Below are positions 26,480-34,471 of a stretch of 64,000 nucleotides of DNA, in pieces. The translations under genes were made by a program, and so were the position numbers. A model generated the notes under the pieces. The model was not told the origin of the DNA. It did no database searches and saw only the letters and a program-made list of their open reading frames with translations. Position 1 is the stretch's first letter. Every line of letters begins with the position of its first letter. The DNA comes from Thermoplasmata archaeon (GTDB lineage: Archaea > Thermoplasmatota > Thermoplasmata > Lutacidiplasmatales > UBA184), in NCBI GenBank assembly GCA_052326305.1, contig JBKQPJ010000015.1, forward strand, positions 35,208 to 99,207, in the 5' to 3' direction.

Positions 26480-27838
26480 CTACTGCCCTGCCGATTCCCC
26501 TACAAGCATAGCGGATGGGGCTCCGGCAGGGGCCGGACCGCTGAGGAAGTCGGGCATGACTCCGTGCTCGAAAATCTCGTGGATTAGGACGGTCAGGTTG
26601 TAGGCCAGGATCTTCGCCAACAGCTCGTTGACCTGGGCTGTGGGATTCTTGGATCGTAGCGTCTCCCCGAACTTCCGCTTGAGGGCCGAGAAGACTGACT
26701 CCACATTCGACCGAGCATGGTACTTGGCCTCGAACTCCTCCCGGTGCATCTGGAAGAACAGGTACGCCTTGCGCCATAGAAGCGAATGGCTGCGGGCGCG
26801 CGCCTCCGGTGTTCCGCTCCTCAACGTTGTGCGACCGGTTTGATTGGACCGGAACGGAACGTAGAGGTCGAAACCCATCTCTTCAGCGAGTGCGTAGTTC
26901 GCCCGCGCCGAATACGCCTTGTCACCGAAGACTTCCTTGAGGCAAAGACCCGCCTTCGCTGCCTGCCGGATGAGCGGCTCGAACTGTGGATTGTCCGCTC
27001 CCTCCTTTCCTGTCACGGAAACCGCGGCGATGATGTGTGTCTTGACGCCGGCGAGGGCATGGGCCTTGATCCAGAGGTGTTCCCGCTTCTCCCCGTGCTT
27101 TTCCTCTCTCCACGCGCCGAACGAGGTCGTTTGGATGCCCGTCGAGTCAGGGGCGAAGCCACTTTCCAATGCCGCGACCGGGAGGGCCGACCGTGTGATG
27201 AGTTCGTGCAGTATCGGGGTCACATCCTCCCTATTCAGGACTTCCGAGGAGATCGTGTAGTGCGGGGCCTTCGGCAACTGACCCCGCTCGACGGCGAAGC
27301 CGAAAAGACCCCTCGCCCGCCGGCACGAAAGCTGCGAATAGACTTTCTGGACTGAGCAAAAGAGTTGATCCGCGAGCGCAATCGGCGGCCGCCCGGCGTG
27401 GTGGGGATCCCTCTCCGGCTCGGGGATACCCACGACGAGGTCCCGGAGAAGAATGTCGAAGAGACGAATCTCCTCTGTTTGCGCCCGGTCGTACGCCGCC
27501 CATGCCTGGGGGTAGGTGAGCGGAACTCGCTCGGAGACCGTCTCGCCCGAGGGGAGAGTTGTCTGCTTTTCGAGGTAGAACCGAACGGATGCTGCATGCT
27601 TGCAGGGCAGGCCACGCGAGGAGTAGTCCTGGCAGGAACACTCGGGACCCTTCTCGGCGAGATGCACTCGGTACGAACCCGGTCCGCTCTGAGACTTGAC
27701 CAGGAAGAGATCATCACGCACTTGTTCAATGGCTCCGGGAGTCGCTGCGATGAGCCTGCCCTTCGCGACCCGATCAGCGTCGATACTCCAGCCCCCCCAC
27801 CCCGAGGCTGGACTCGGCGGGCCCTCCAGACTCTGCAT
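26480..27838 (-). CDS. DDE transposase (IS4/IS5-like DDE_Tnp_1) with N-terminal SWIM-type zinc finger
   Basis: Contains CSCQDYSSRGLPCKHAASV (SWIM CxCx(n)CxH), DKAYSARANYALAEEMG, and YHARSNVESVFSALKRKFGETL (R..VE..F..LK). Start is uncertain: the Met at 27838 is preferred and Mets at 28000 and 28231 are alternatives. Confidence 0.75.
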   Translation of the reverse strand: MQSLEGPPSPASGWGGWSIDADRVAKGRLIAATPGAIEQVRDDLFLVKSQSGPGSYRVHLAEKGPECSCQDYSSRGLPCKHAASVRFYLEKQTTLPSGETVSERVPLTYPQAWAAYDRAQTEEIRLFDILLRDLVVGIPEPERDPHHAGRPPIALADQLFCSVQKVYSQLSCRRARGLFGFAVERGQLPKAPHYTISSEVLNREDVTPILHELITRSALPVAALESGFAPDSTGIQTTSFGAWREEKHGEKREHLWIKAHALAGVKTHIIAAVSVTGKEGADNPQFEPLIRQAAKAGLCLKEVFGDKAYSARANYALAEEMGFDLYVPFRSNQTGRTTLRSGTPEARARSHSLLWRKAYLFFQMHREEFEAKYHARSNVESVFSALKRKFGETLRSKNPTAQVNELLAKILAYNLTVLIHEIFEHGVMPDFLSGPAPAGAPSAMLVGESAGQ

Positions 27839-27886
27839 CGTTCCTCCCCACCTACCGTTGCCTACGTGTAGGCTATGGGCCTGCCG

Positions 27887-27893
27887 ATATAAA
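27887..27893 (-). promoter_or_regulatory. Strong TATA (ATATAAA) upstream of the transposase, flanked by two gcctacgtg direct repeats
   Basis: The sequence reads gatataaagg. cgcctacgtg occurs at 27859-27868 and 27902-27911. The first copy is part of the palindrome GCCTACGTGTAGGC at 27860-27873. Confidence 0.45.
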
Positions 27894-27971
27894 GGTGTAT
27901 CGCCTACGTGGGCGCCAACCCATAGGCTATAGTTAAGTAGCCGACCCCCCGTCAAGGAGATTGGAGAGTCC

Positions 27972-28178
27972 GTGCCGGGAATCTTCAGGTCCCCAATCAT
28001 TCTCGTCCGCGAGAAGTCACCCTCGGTCCGCGTGACGATCCCCGAGGGTGTCGCCAAGGCCCTCGGAGCAGAGCCCGGTAAGGACTTGGTTTGGACGCTC
28101 GACCTCAAGGCAGGTTGGGTTACGGTCTCGGCGGAGCCGCCTGAATTTGCTCCCAAGAATGCGTCCAAGCGACGCTGA
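27972..28178 (+). CDS. AbrB/MazE-like (SpoVT/AbrB swapped-hairpin) small DNA-binding protein
   Basis: 68 aa with a GTG start. VRVTIPEGVAKALGAEPGKDLVWTLDLKAGWVTV matches the AbrB-type pattern. Confidence 0.45.
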   Translation: MPGIFRSPIILVREKSPSVRVTIPEGVAKALGAEPGKDLVWTLDLKAGWVTVSAEPPEFAPKNASKRR

Positions 28179-28319
28179 ACCCAAGCCCGACCCGCGGGCC
28201 CTTGGCGCCGCCGATTCCCGTCAGAGCGCACGAAGAACTAGCTCGGAGGCATTGAAAGGACTTTCCTTCCAAAGGAAAGTGCCTAATAGGAAGGTTGTGT
28301 TAGGAATGTCGATTAGAAC

Positions 28320-28676
28320 ATGTCAGCCTCGACAGGAGCGCAGAGACTATTCTCCCAGACGTTCCTTCAAGAAGCGTTGGCTCAGGAAGTTCATCGACTA
28401 CTGTCACTTCAGTACGCCCGAGGGATTCTCGAGGCGCTAGACGAACATCACGAGGGGCTGGACGTCAGGTGGTTTGATGTCAAGGTTGTCGGCGTTGAAG
28501 GGTCGGGCAGGACTGCGTACGTAGTGGTCAAGAAGCTCTCCGCCGCCGGTTGGATATCTTCTAGGGCAGGCACCAAGCCCCAGCGTTGGCTTCTAACCCC
28601 GAAGGGGAAGGAAGCACTGGATCTCGCTCGTCAGGGAGATTCCATAGGAAACGGGGGGCGGGGGCCCGCTAGATGA
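28320..28676 (+). CDS. Putative winged-helix regulator translationally coupled to the C5-methyltransferase
   Basis: 118 aa. Its stop overlaps the methyltransferase start as ATGA. The C-terminal WISSRAGTKPQRWLLTPKGKEAL looks like a wing. Confidence 0.4.
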   Translation: MSASTGAQRLFSQTFLQEALAQEVHRLLSLQYARGILEALDEHHEGLDVRWFDVKVVGVEGSGRTAYVVVKKLSAAGWISSRAGTKPQRWLLTPKGKEALDLARQGDSIGNGGRGPAR

Positions 28677-29923
28677 GGGGGAATCGGTTCGGGTTCGTCG
28701 ACCTCTTTTGTGGAGCGGGCGGGTTTGCCGAGGGGTTCCTACAGGCCGGGACCGACCGTTCGGAGTTCCAACTGCTCGCGGCCTCGGATGTGCATCGCCA
28801 CGCGCAGGCAACTCACGAGTACCGATTCGGCACTCAGCTCGGTATCCCGTACCGGTTCATCCGGAAGGACATCAGGGACCCGGGCCTCCTTCCTGAGGTC
28901 CGCGAAGCGGTTTCATTAGGGTCCGAAGTCGATGTGGTTTGCGGTGGCCCACCCTGCCAGGGATTCTCGGTCTTCGGCGCAAGGCGCCGGGACGACCCGA
29001 GGAACGATCTGTTCCACCCCTACCTACAGATAGTGCATGCGCTCAGGCCGCGATACTTCGTCATGGAGAACGTGCCCGGCTTCGTCTACATGTATCGGGG
29101 TATGGCCGAGCAACGCATCCGCGAGGCGGTCGATAGCCTGAGGCGGCCTGGTTACACCCTAGCGGGACCGATCTTCGTCAATGCGGCGTCGTTTGGGGTT
29201 CCCCAGTCTCGGGAGCGGGTCATCTTCCTGGGATCGCGCGATGACCAACCGAGGATCGGCTCGGTGCCGGTGCCCGAGGGCATCCACTCCCCATCGGTGG
29301 GGGAGGCGATTTCGGACCTCGCGTTTCTCGGGTCGGGCATGAAGGCAATCGACTATGATCCCCGGTTCCCCCCGGCTTCCGATTACCAGAGGGACTCCCG
29401 TCTCGGCCGGTCCAAGACGCGACCGACTTGGGACGGCAGGCTCCAAAACCACGAGTCCTCGCGGCACACTTCCAGGGTCCTGACACGGTTTCGGCTCGTT
29501 CCGAAAGGGCACTCGACCAAGGATGTGAAAGAGGTGCTGGTCCGCGAAGGGGTCGACTCCGGCAAGAAATGGTGCGTGCGCATTGACGATGCCGACCCGT
29601 CCTTCACGCTCACGACCATTCCGGACGACTTCATCCACTACTCGCAGGACAGGAGCCTGACCGTGCGTGAGTGTGCGCGCCTCCAGTCCTTCGATGATTC
29701 GTTCGTGTTCCTCGGTCCCCGGACAACGGGTGGCGGAGGCGCGGGAAACAAGGTGCGGAACACCGATCTTCCCCAGTATACACAAGTCGGAAACGCCGTG
29801 CCACCGCTAATGGCGCGGGGCATCGCGTTGACGCTTCTCAGGAATCTGGAGAAGACATCCGCTCACCCAGATGGGCCCGAACGACCTTCAGGAACCGCGC
29901 GAGTTCCTTTGGTCGCGGTCTGA
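28673..29923 (+). CDS. DNA (cytosine-5)-methyltransferase
   Basis: Motif I FCGAGGF, motif IV PPCQGFS, motif VI ENVPGF, and a C-terminal QVGNAVPP are present. Confidence 0.9.
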   Translation: MRGNRFGFVDLFCGAGGFAEGFLQAGTDRSEFQLLAASDVHRHAQATHEYRFGTQLGIPYRFIRKDIRDPGLLPEVREAVSLGSEVDVVCGGPPCQGFSVFGARRRDDPRNDLFHPYLQIVHALRPRYFVMENVPGFVYMYRGMAEQRIREAVDSLRRPGYTLAGPIFVNAASFGVPQSRERVIFLGSRDDQPRIGSVPVPEGIHSPSVGEAISDLAFLGSGMKAIDYDPRFPPASDYQRDSRLGRSKTRPTWDGRLQNHESSRHTSRVLTRFRLVPKGHSTKDVKEVLVREGVDSGKKWCVRIDDADPSFTLTTIPDDFIHYSQDRSLTVRECARLQSFDDSFVFLGPRTTGGGGAGNKVRNTDLPQYTQVGNAVPPLMARGIALTLLRNLEKTSAHPDGPERPSGTARVPLVAV

Positions 29924-30623
29924 CGTTCCCCTCCTGACCGTCGCCGAACAGGAAGAACAGGTCGCGTGCCTGGGCGGCCTCCACGATGTCAAAGTCCATT
30001 TCCTTGCGAAGGGCAGCCTGCGTTGAGAGGCAGTGGGGGTGGCCCTTCGACATCAACATCGTCCGTCCCATGAAATCGAAGAACTCCGACTGGGAAATCC
30101 TCACCTTGCTGTTGACGAGAAGAAGGGGCACGATTGACGAACCCGGCGGGAGATGGGTGACGACGTCGGCCGGCCACCGGGCAGTTTGTCTATTTACCAC
30201 CCCATCCGCACCGAGAATGTACCCGATGGCGACGTCGGTCTTCTCCGAAGGTTCTGATTGAGTCGGCTCTCCGGCCTTCCATAGCGTGTAAGTCCCGTAA
30301 GTCGTGGAGACCTCATTGAAGACGAAGAGGGAGGGCCAATCGTGCACGAACTCGAACGCCAAGTGGGTCAGGTAGTCCTGGAAGAGGGCACCGACGATGT
30401 TGCGGGACAGGTTCTGATTGAGGGAGAACTCCGTCTTCGTATTCCTCCGCCCTAGCCAGTTGTAGCCGTCCACGAGTTCCGTCAAGTGTTCTGAAGGTGC
30501 GCGCCCTGCTCGGACATCGTAGCATGATTGGATCTTGGCGAGCCTCATCGCTAGCTCGTCATGTCCGGGCGTCCCGTCATTGACGAGCACCTCGCGAATA
30601 TACACCGACAGCAGATGGGCCAT
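29838..30623 (-). CDS. Putative type II restriction endonuclease, cognate of the adjacent methyltransferase (the enzymatic call is speculative)
   Basis: 261 aa unique ORF. It is convergent with the M gene and its 3' end overlaps it by 86 bp. It has a possible D...(N/E)xK core (TDVAIGY...LLLVNSK). The call rests on position alone. Confidence 0.35.
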   Translation of the reverse strand: MAHLLSVYIREVLVNDGTPGHDELAMRLAKIQSCYDVRAGRAPSEHLTELVDGYNWLGRRNTKTEFSLNQNLSRNIVGALFQDYLTHLAFEFVHDWPSLFVFNEVSTTYGTYTLWKAGEPTQSEPSEKTDVAIGYILGADGVVNRQTARWPADVVTHLPPGSSIVPLLLVNSKVRISQSEFFDFMGRTMLMSKGHPHCLSTQAALRKEMDFDIVEAAQARDLFFLFGDGQEGNVRPRPKELARFLKVVRAHLGERMSSPDS

Positions 30624-30750
30624 CCGGGGTCCATCTGCGAATCTGTAGATAGTCGTTCACACGCCTTAGCGGCCGGTTCTGTGTCCATGTGGCAATTCGC
30701 CGGCAGGGGTGGCGGTGCGGTTACCTATCGTGCTAGACTGACCTGAAAGT

Positions 30751-31224
30751 GTGGCGGATCGGTTGACTCACGCCCAGAGGAGCCGACTGATGTCTCGAAT
30801 ACGGGGTAGGGACACGTTTCCGGAGCTGGCACTCCGGAAAGCCCTGCGCAGACGGGGAGTGCGGTACCGGTCAAACCAGCGGGTCCACGGCATCCGTGTC
30901 GATTTGGTCCTGCGGGGAACGAAGACCCTCGTGATGGTCCAGGGCTGTTTCTGGCACGGCTGCCCCCGTCACTATATCGCTCCGAAATCCAACTCCCGAT
31001 TCTGGAAGAAGAAGATTGTAGCGAACAGAGAGAGGGACCGGTGGCAGGCGGCAATCCTCAGCGCGATGGGGTGGCAGGTGGTCGTGTTGTGGGAGCACGC
31101 CCTCAGGACCGACCCGGCCCGCGCCGTGGAACGATTGATAACCACCGCGCCTCTCCCGTGTAGGGCGGCCCGGCAGGGGGATGCCGGTTACCTGTCAGAT
31201 GAGCGGGGAATGGAGATCCGATAA
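30751..31224 (+). CDS. vsr: Very-short-patch repair endonuclease Vsr
   Basis: TFPELALRKALRRRGVRYR...MVQGCFWHGCPRHY gives a full Vsr signature. Confidence 0.85.
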   Translation: MADRLTHAQRSRLMSRIRGRDTFPELALRKALRRRGVRYRSNQRVHGIRVDLVLRGTKTLVMVQGCFWHGCPRHYIAPKSNSRFWKKKIVANRERDRWQAAILSAMGWQVVVLWEHALRTDPARAVERLITTAPLPCRAARQGDAGYLSDERGMEIR

Positions 31225-33337
31225 GCAGGGCGCGGAGGTCTTCCGCCCCCGAGCCCGCGTCATCAACGTCCTCGGCCGCGACCTGATCCAGAACCCGGTG
31301 GTCGCGATCCAGGAGCTGGTCAAGAACGCGTACGACGCGGACTCCCACCGCATCCGGCTCACTTTCGAGGGACCGCTGGAGAAGGGGCTCGGCGGCCTCA
31401 CCATCGAGGACGACGGGGATGGGATGACCCTCGAGACCGTCCGCACCGCGTGGATGGAACCGGCGACGATCGCGAAGCGCCGCCAGACCCGGACCCGGGC
31501 GGGCCGTCGGGTTACCGGGGAGAAGGGGATTGGCCGGTTCGCTTCCGCCCGCATAGCCAGCCAGCTCGAACTCGACTCCGTTGCCCGGGAGAACGGTCGC
31601 CGGGTTATGGCGCATTTCAACTGGGGAGAGTTCGAGGGCGAGGACCGGTACCTCGACGAGATCCGATGCCGCTGGGAAGAAGGGGCTGCTCCTAGGGGGC
31701 GCGGCCACGGGACGATCCTTCGACTCCGGCAGTTCACCCAGAAGTGGAACGAGGAGAACCTGAGGAATCTGCGGGTCCAGTTATCGAGGTTGCTGCCTCC
31801 CACCGGACCGAAGGCAGACTTCGAGATCGGGTTCGCGGTCGGGGGAACTCTGGGGAAGCGCCTCTCGGGCCCGATCGAGAGGCCCACGTTCATCGAGCAC
31901 GCCCGCTACCAACTACGAGGTCGCGTCGAAGCCGACGGCTCGGTGACGGCGGAGGTATCGTACCGGTCGAGAAGCGAGCCGTTCGTCGAGAAGGGGGGAG
32001 CCCCAGTCCGTGTTGTCATCGAGCGGGAGGGGGAGGAGGACCGACCGCCGACATGCGGTCCGTTCGAGTTCGACATCCGTGTTTGGGACCGCGAGCCCGA
32101 GGACATGAGGGAGCTCGCCAAAGCGGCCGGGTCGACCCTCAGGGACGTGAGGATGGACCTCGACGAGCTGAGCGGGCTCCAAGTCTACCGGGACCGGTTC
32201 CGCATCGTCATGCAAACGCGGGATTGGCTGGGCCTCGACCTTCGCCGGGTCCAGAATCCTAGCCTACGCCTGAGCAACAACCAGATCGTAGGTCACGTCC
32301 AGATCGAATCCGACCGGAACACCGGGCTCGTGGACCAGTCCAACCGCCAGGCGCTCGTAGACAGCCCGCAGCTCGACGACTTCGAGGAAGCAATCCTGTT
32401 CCTGCTCAACCGCCTGGAGGTGTTCCGGCGCCTCAAGAGGCGGAGCCCTGAGAGACCGCCGCCCCGTGCCAGCCTGCTCGAAAAGTTCAACCTGACCGAA
32501 CTCCAAGACTACGTAGCGAAGTCGGACCACTCCAAGGACGAGAAGCTCACCTCCATCATCCAGTCGACGGCGGCCGGAATCAAGACCGGCCTCGGCCAGG
32601 TCCGGGAGATTGTATCACGCTACCGACGCCTGGCAACCCTCGGTACCCTCGTCGACGTGATTCTGCACGAAGGGCGGACGCCCATCGCCGCGATCTCCAA
32701 TTCCGTGGAGATTCTGAAGAAGAGCCTGGCCGGAGGACTCCCCGCACGCGAGGCCGCCGAGGTCAAGCACCAGCTCGATGTGGTCGACCACCAGGTCCAA
32801 GTCCTAACCCAACTCTTCGACCGGGTGGCTCCGTTCAGCGGACGGGCCCGGGGCCGCGTCGAGGTAGCCCCCCTGGAGGACATCATCGCTCGGGCGTTCG
32901 CGGTTCACGCCGGTAGGATCGAGAAGGAGGGGGTGCGGGTCGAACTGCCGTCGGGGCAGACAACCATCCGGATGGACCCCATCGATTTGGAGCTCCTCTT
33001 CCTGAATCTCATCGACAACGCCCTCTACTGGCTACAGAAGGTCCCTGCGGGAAAGCGAGCCATCCGGGTAGAGGTGGCCCGAACCGATGGTAGGGTCGAG
33101 GTCGTGTTCTCAGACAGTGGACCAGGGGTCCAACCGGAGATTGCTGACATGATCTGGGACCCCTGGTTCACCACGAAGCCGGGGGGGATCGGCCTCGGGC
33201 TTACCATCGCCGGGGAGACGGCCGCCGAGCACGACGCGACCCTAGGTCTCTCCGAGAAGGGCCCGCTCCCGGGCGCGACGTTCGTTGTCACCTTCAACTC
33301 TCCCGGCGGTGAAGCCACCCGCGAAGGAGTGGAGTAG
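31181..33337 (+). CDS. Fusion protein: N-terminal paraMORC/MutL-like GHKL ATPase (HATPase_c_3-type) plus C-terminal histidine kinase (HisKA + HATPase_c)
   Basis: The N-terminal GHKL has an N-box (IQELVKNAYDAD), G1 (IEDDGDGM) and G2 (GEKGIGRFASA). The C-terminal region has an H-box (HEGRTPIAAISNSVEIL) and a classical kinase ATPase (FSDSGPGV...GGIGLGLTIA). It overlaps the vsr 3' end by 44 bp. Confidence 0.8.
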   Translation: MPVTCQMSGEWRSDKQGAEVFRPRARVINVLGRDLIQNPVVAIQELVKNAYDADSHRIRLTFEGPLEKGLGGLTIEDDGDGMTLETVRTAWMEPATIAKRRQTRTRAGRRVTGEKGIGRFASARIASQLELDSVARENGRRVMAHFNWGEFEGEDRYLDEIRCRWEEGAAPRGRGHGTILRLRQFTQKWNEENLRNLRVQLSRLLPPTGPKADFEIGFAVGGTLGKRLSGPIERPTFIEHARYQLRGRVEADGSVTAEVSYRSRSEPFVEKGGAPVRVVIEREGEEDRPPTCGPFEFDIRVWDREPEDMRELAKAAGSTLRDVRMDLDELSGLQVYRDRFRIVMQTRDWLGLDLRRVQNPSLRLSNNQIVGHVQIESDRNTGLVDQSNRQALVDSPQLDDFEEAILFLLNRLEVFRRLKRRSPERPPPRASLLEKFNLTELQDYVAKSDHSKDEKLTSIIQSTAAGIKTGLGQVREIVSRYRRLATLGTLVDVILHEGRTPIAAISNSVEILKKSLAGGLPAREAAEVKHQLDVVDHQVQVLTQLFDRVAPFSGRARGRVEVAPLEDIIARAFAVHAGRIEKEGVRVELPSGQTTIRMDPIDLELLFLNLIDNALYWLQKVPAGKRAIRVEVARTDGRVEVVFSDSGPGVQPEIADMIWDPWFTTKPGGIGLGLTIAGETAAEHDATLGLSEKGPLPGATFVVTFNSPGGEATREGVE

Positions 33338-33340
33338 ACG

Positions 33341-34432
33341 ATGGCGGCCGCACCCATCCCGGCTCCCGCCGGCGATTCCTGGCGGATCGCAGTCGTGGAG
33401 GATGAGGAGGATATCCGGGGGCAGATTTGTCACTGGCTGGGGAGGATGGACCCGGTCGAGGGCAAGTCGTTCCAACCCACCCCGTTCCCGGACTTCGACG
33501 GGGCCTGGGCTGGGCTCATGGATTGGAAGTTCGACATTGTCATCCTCGACATCTTCCGAGGACACGGGGGAGTGCCTGCCAGCCCGGGGCTCGATATCAT
33601 GGAGCGAATCAAGCGGACCGCCTTCGTCCCGCTCATCGTCTACACCGCGCTCCCGGAGCGGGTCACGGGACTTCGTTCTCCCATGGTTCGCGTTGTGGGC
33701 AAGGTCTCGGGCCTGGGTGCCCTAGAAGGCGAGGTCCGGCAGTTCCTCGCGTGGCGATTACCCCAGCTCGCGCGGGCGCTGAGAGCCACGTTCGATGACA
33801 CGCTTCGGGACTACATGTGGAGGTTCGTGGACGCCCACTGGGATCGGTTCGAGTCGATGGTCGACAAACCGGACTTCGGACGATTGGTAGTACAACGCCT
33901 CTCGGAGGCATACACCGCTGACGGCTCGAGGGGAGTCCTAGGTGCAGCCTACGGCCCGGTGGCTACGACCGGGCCCCCCGCGGACAAGGTCCATCCCGCC
34001 TCGGTCTACGTCATGCCGGTCCCTACCGGCGTCCTCCGTCTGGGAGACATCCGCGTGCGCCGGGCAGGTGAGAGCCCACCGAAGTATCTCGTGGTCCTTC
34101 AACCGAGCTGCGATACCGTCCGGATCGCACCCGACGCAGAAGGGCAGGGTGCGAGGGACCCCAACGTCGACCGTGTCCTCTGCGCGCGGGCGTACCCACG
34201 GCCCCCGCACAAGTCGGATCACGATTATCCACTTCCGGCGTTCCTCGCGGTTCCGGACCTGATGGTCGAGTTCCACGACCTCGAGATTGCTCCGATCGAT
34301 GACCTGTTGAGTCTCGACTGTGTAGCGAGGGTGGCGAGCCCGTTCGCCGAGCAGCTCGCCGCCAAGTTCGCTGCCTACATCGGACGTATCGGAACGCCAG
34401 AGATAGAAGCGCCCCCGGCCCCTGCGACGTAG
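33341..34432 (+). CDS. Response-regulator receiver (REC) domain fused to an uncharacterised C-terminal effector domain (about 240 aa)
   Basis: The REC region reads IAVVEDEEDIRGQ...FDIVILDIFRGHGG...PLIVYTALPE, with the phospho-acceptor Asp. The C-terminal domain matches nothing I recognise. It starts 3 bp after the HK stop. Confidence 0.75.
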   Translation: MAAAPIPAPAGDSWRIAVVEDEEDIRGQICHWLGRMDPVEGKSFQPTPFPDFDGAWAGLMDWKFDIVILDIFRGHGGVPASPGLDIMERIKRTAFVPLIVYTALPERVTGLRSPMVRVVGKVSGLGALEGEVRQFLAWRLPQLARALRATFDDTLRDYMWRFVDAHWDRFESMVDKPDFGRLVVQRLSEAYTADGSRGVLGAAYGPVATTGPPADKVHPASVYVMPVPTGVLRLGDIRVRRAGESPPKYLVVLQPSCDTVRIAPDAEGQGARDPNVDRVLCARAYPRPPHKSDHDYPLPAFLAVPDLMVEFHDLEIAPIDDLLSLDCVARVASPFAEQLAAKFAAYIGRIGTPEIEAPPAPAT

Positions 34433-34471
34433 TCCAAGTTCCGAGCATAGCAGATTGTCACGTTCCGTTGC

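Larger units (their letters stand above)
26456..27960. mobile_element. Insertion sequence (IS4/IS5-superfamily DDE transposase with SWIM zinc finger); boundaries approximate
   Basis: A single transposase ORF is flanked by AT-rich ends. I found no clean terminal inverted repeats. The motif tagttaa[a/g]t occurs at 26450 and 27935. Confidence 0.5.

Noticed and set aside
28209-28219. A 10-bp direct repeat gccgattccc at 26490 and 28210, considered as an IS target-site duplication.
   Set aside because: It would place the transposase stop outside the IS and the methyltransferase-operon ORFs inside it. More likely it is a chance match or part of the larger island repeat.
27839-28231. Transposase starts at 28231 or 28000.
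   Set aside because: The long N-terminus is low complexity and would overlap the AbrB-like ORF. The TATA at 27887-27893 sits downstream of those starts. The Met at 27838 is the preferred start, but this is not certain.
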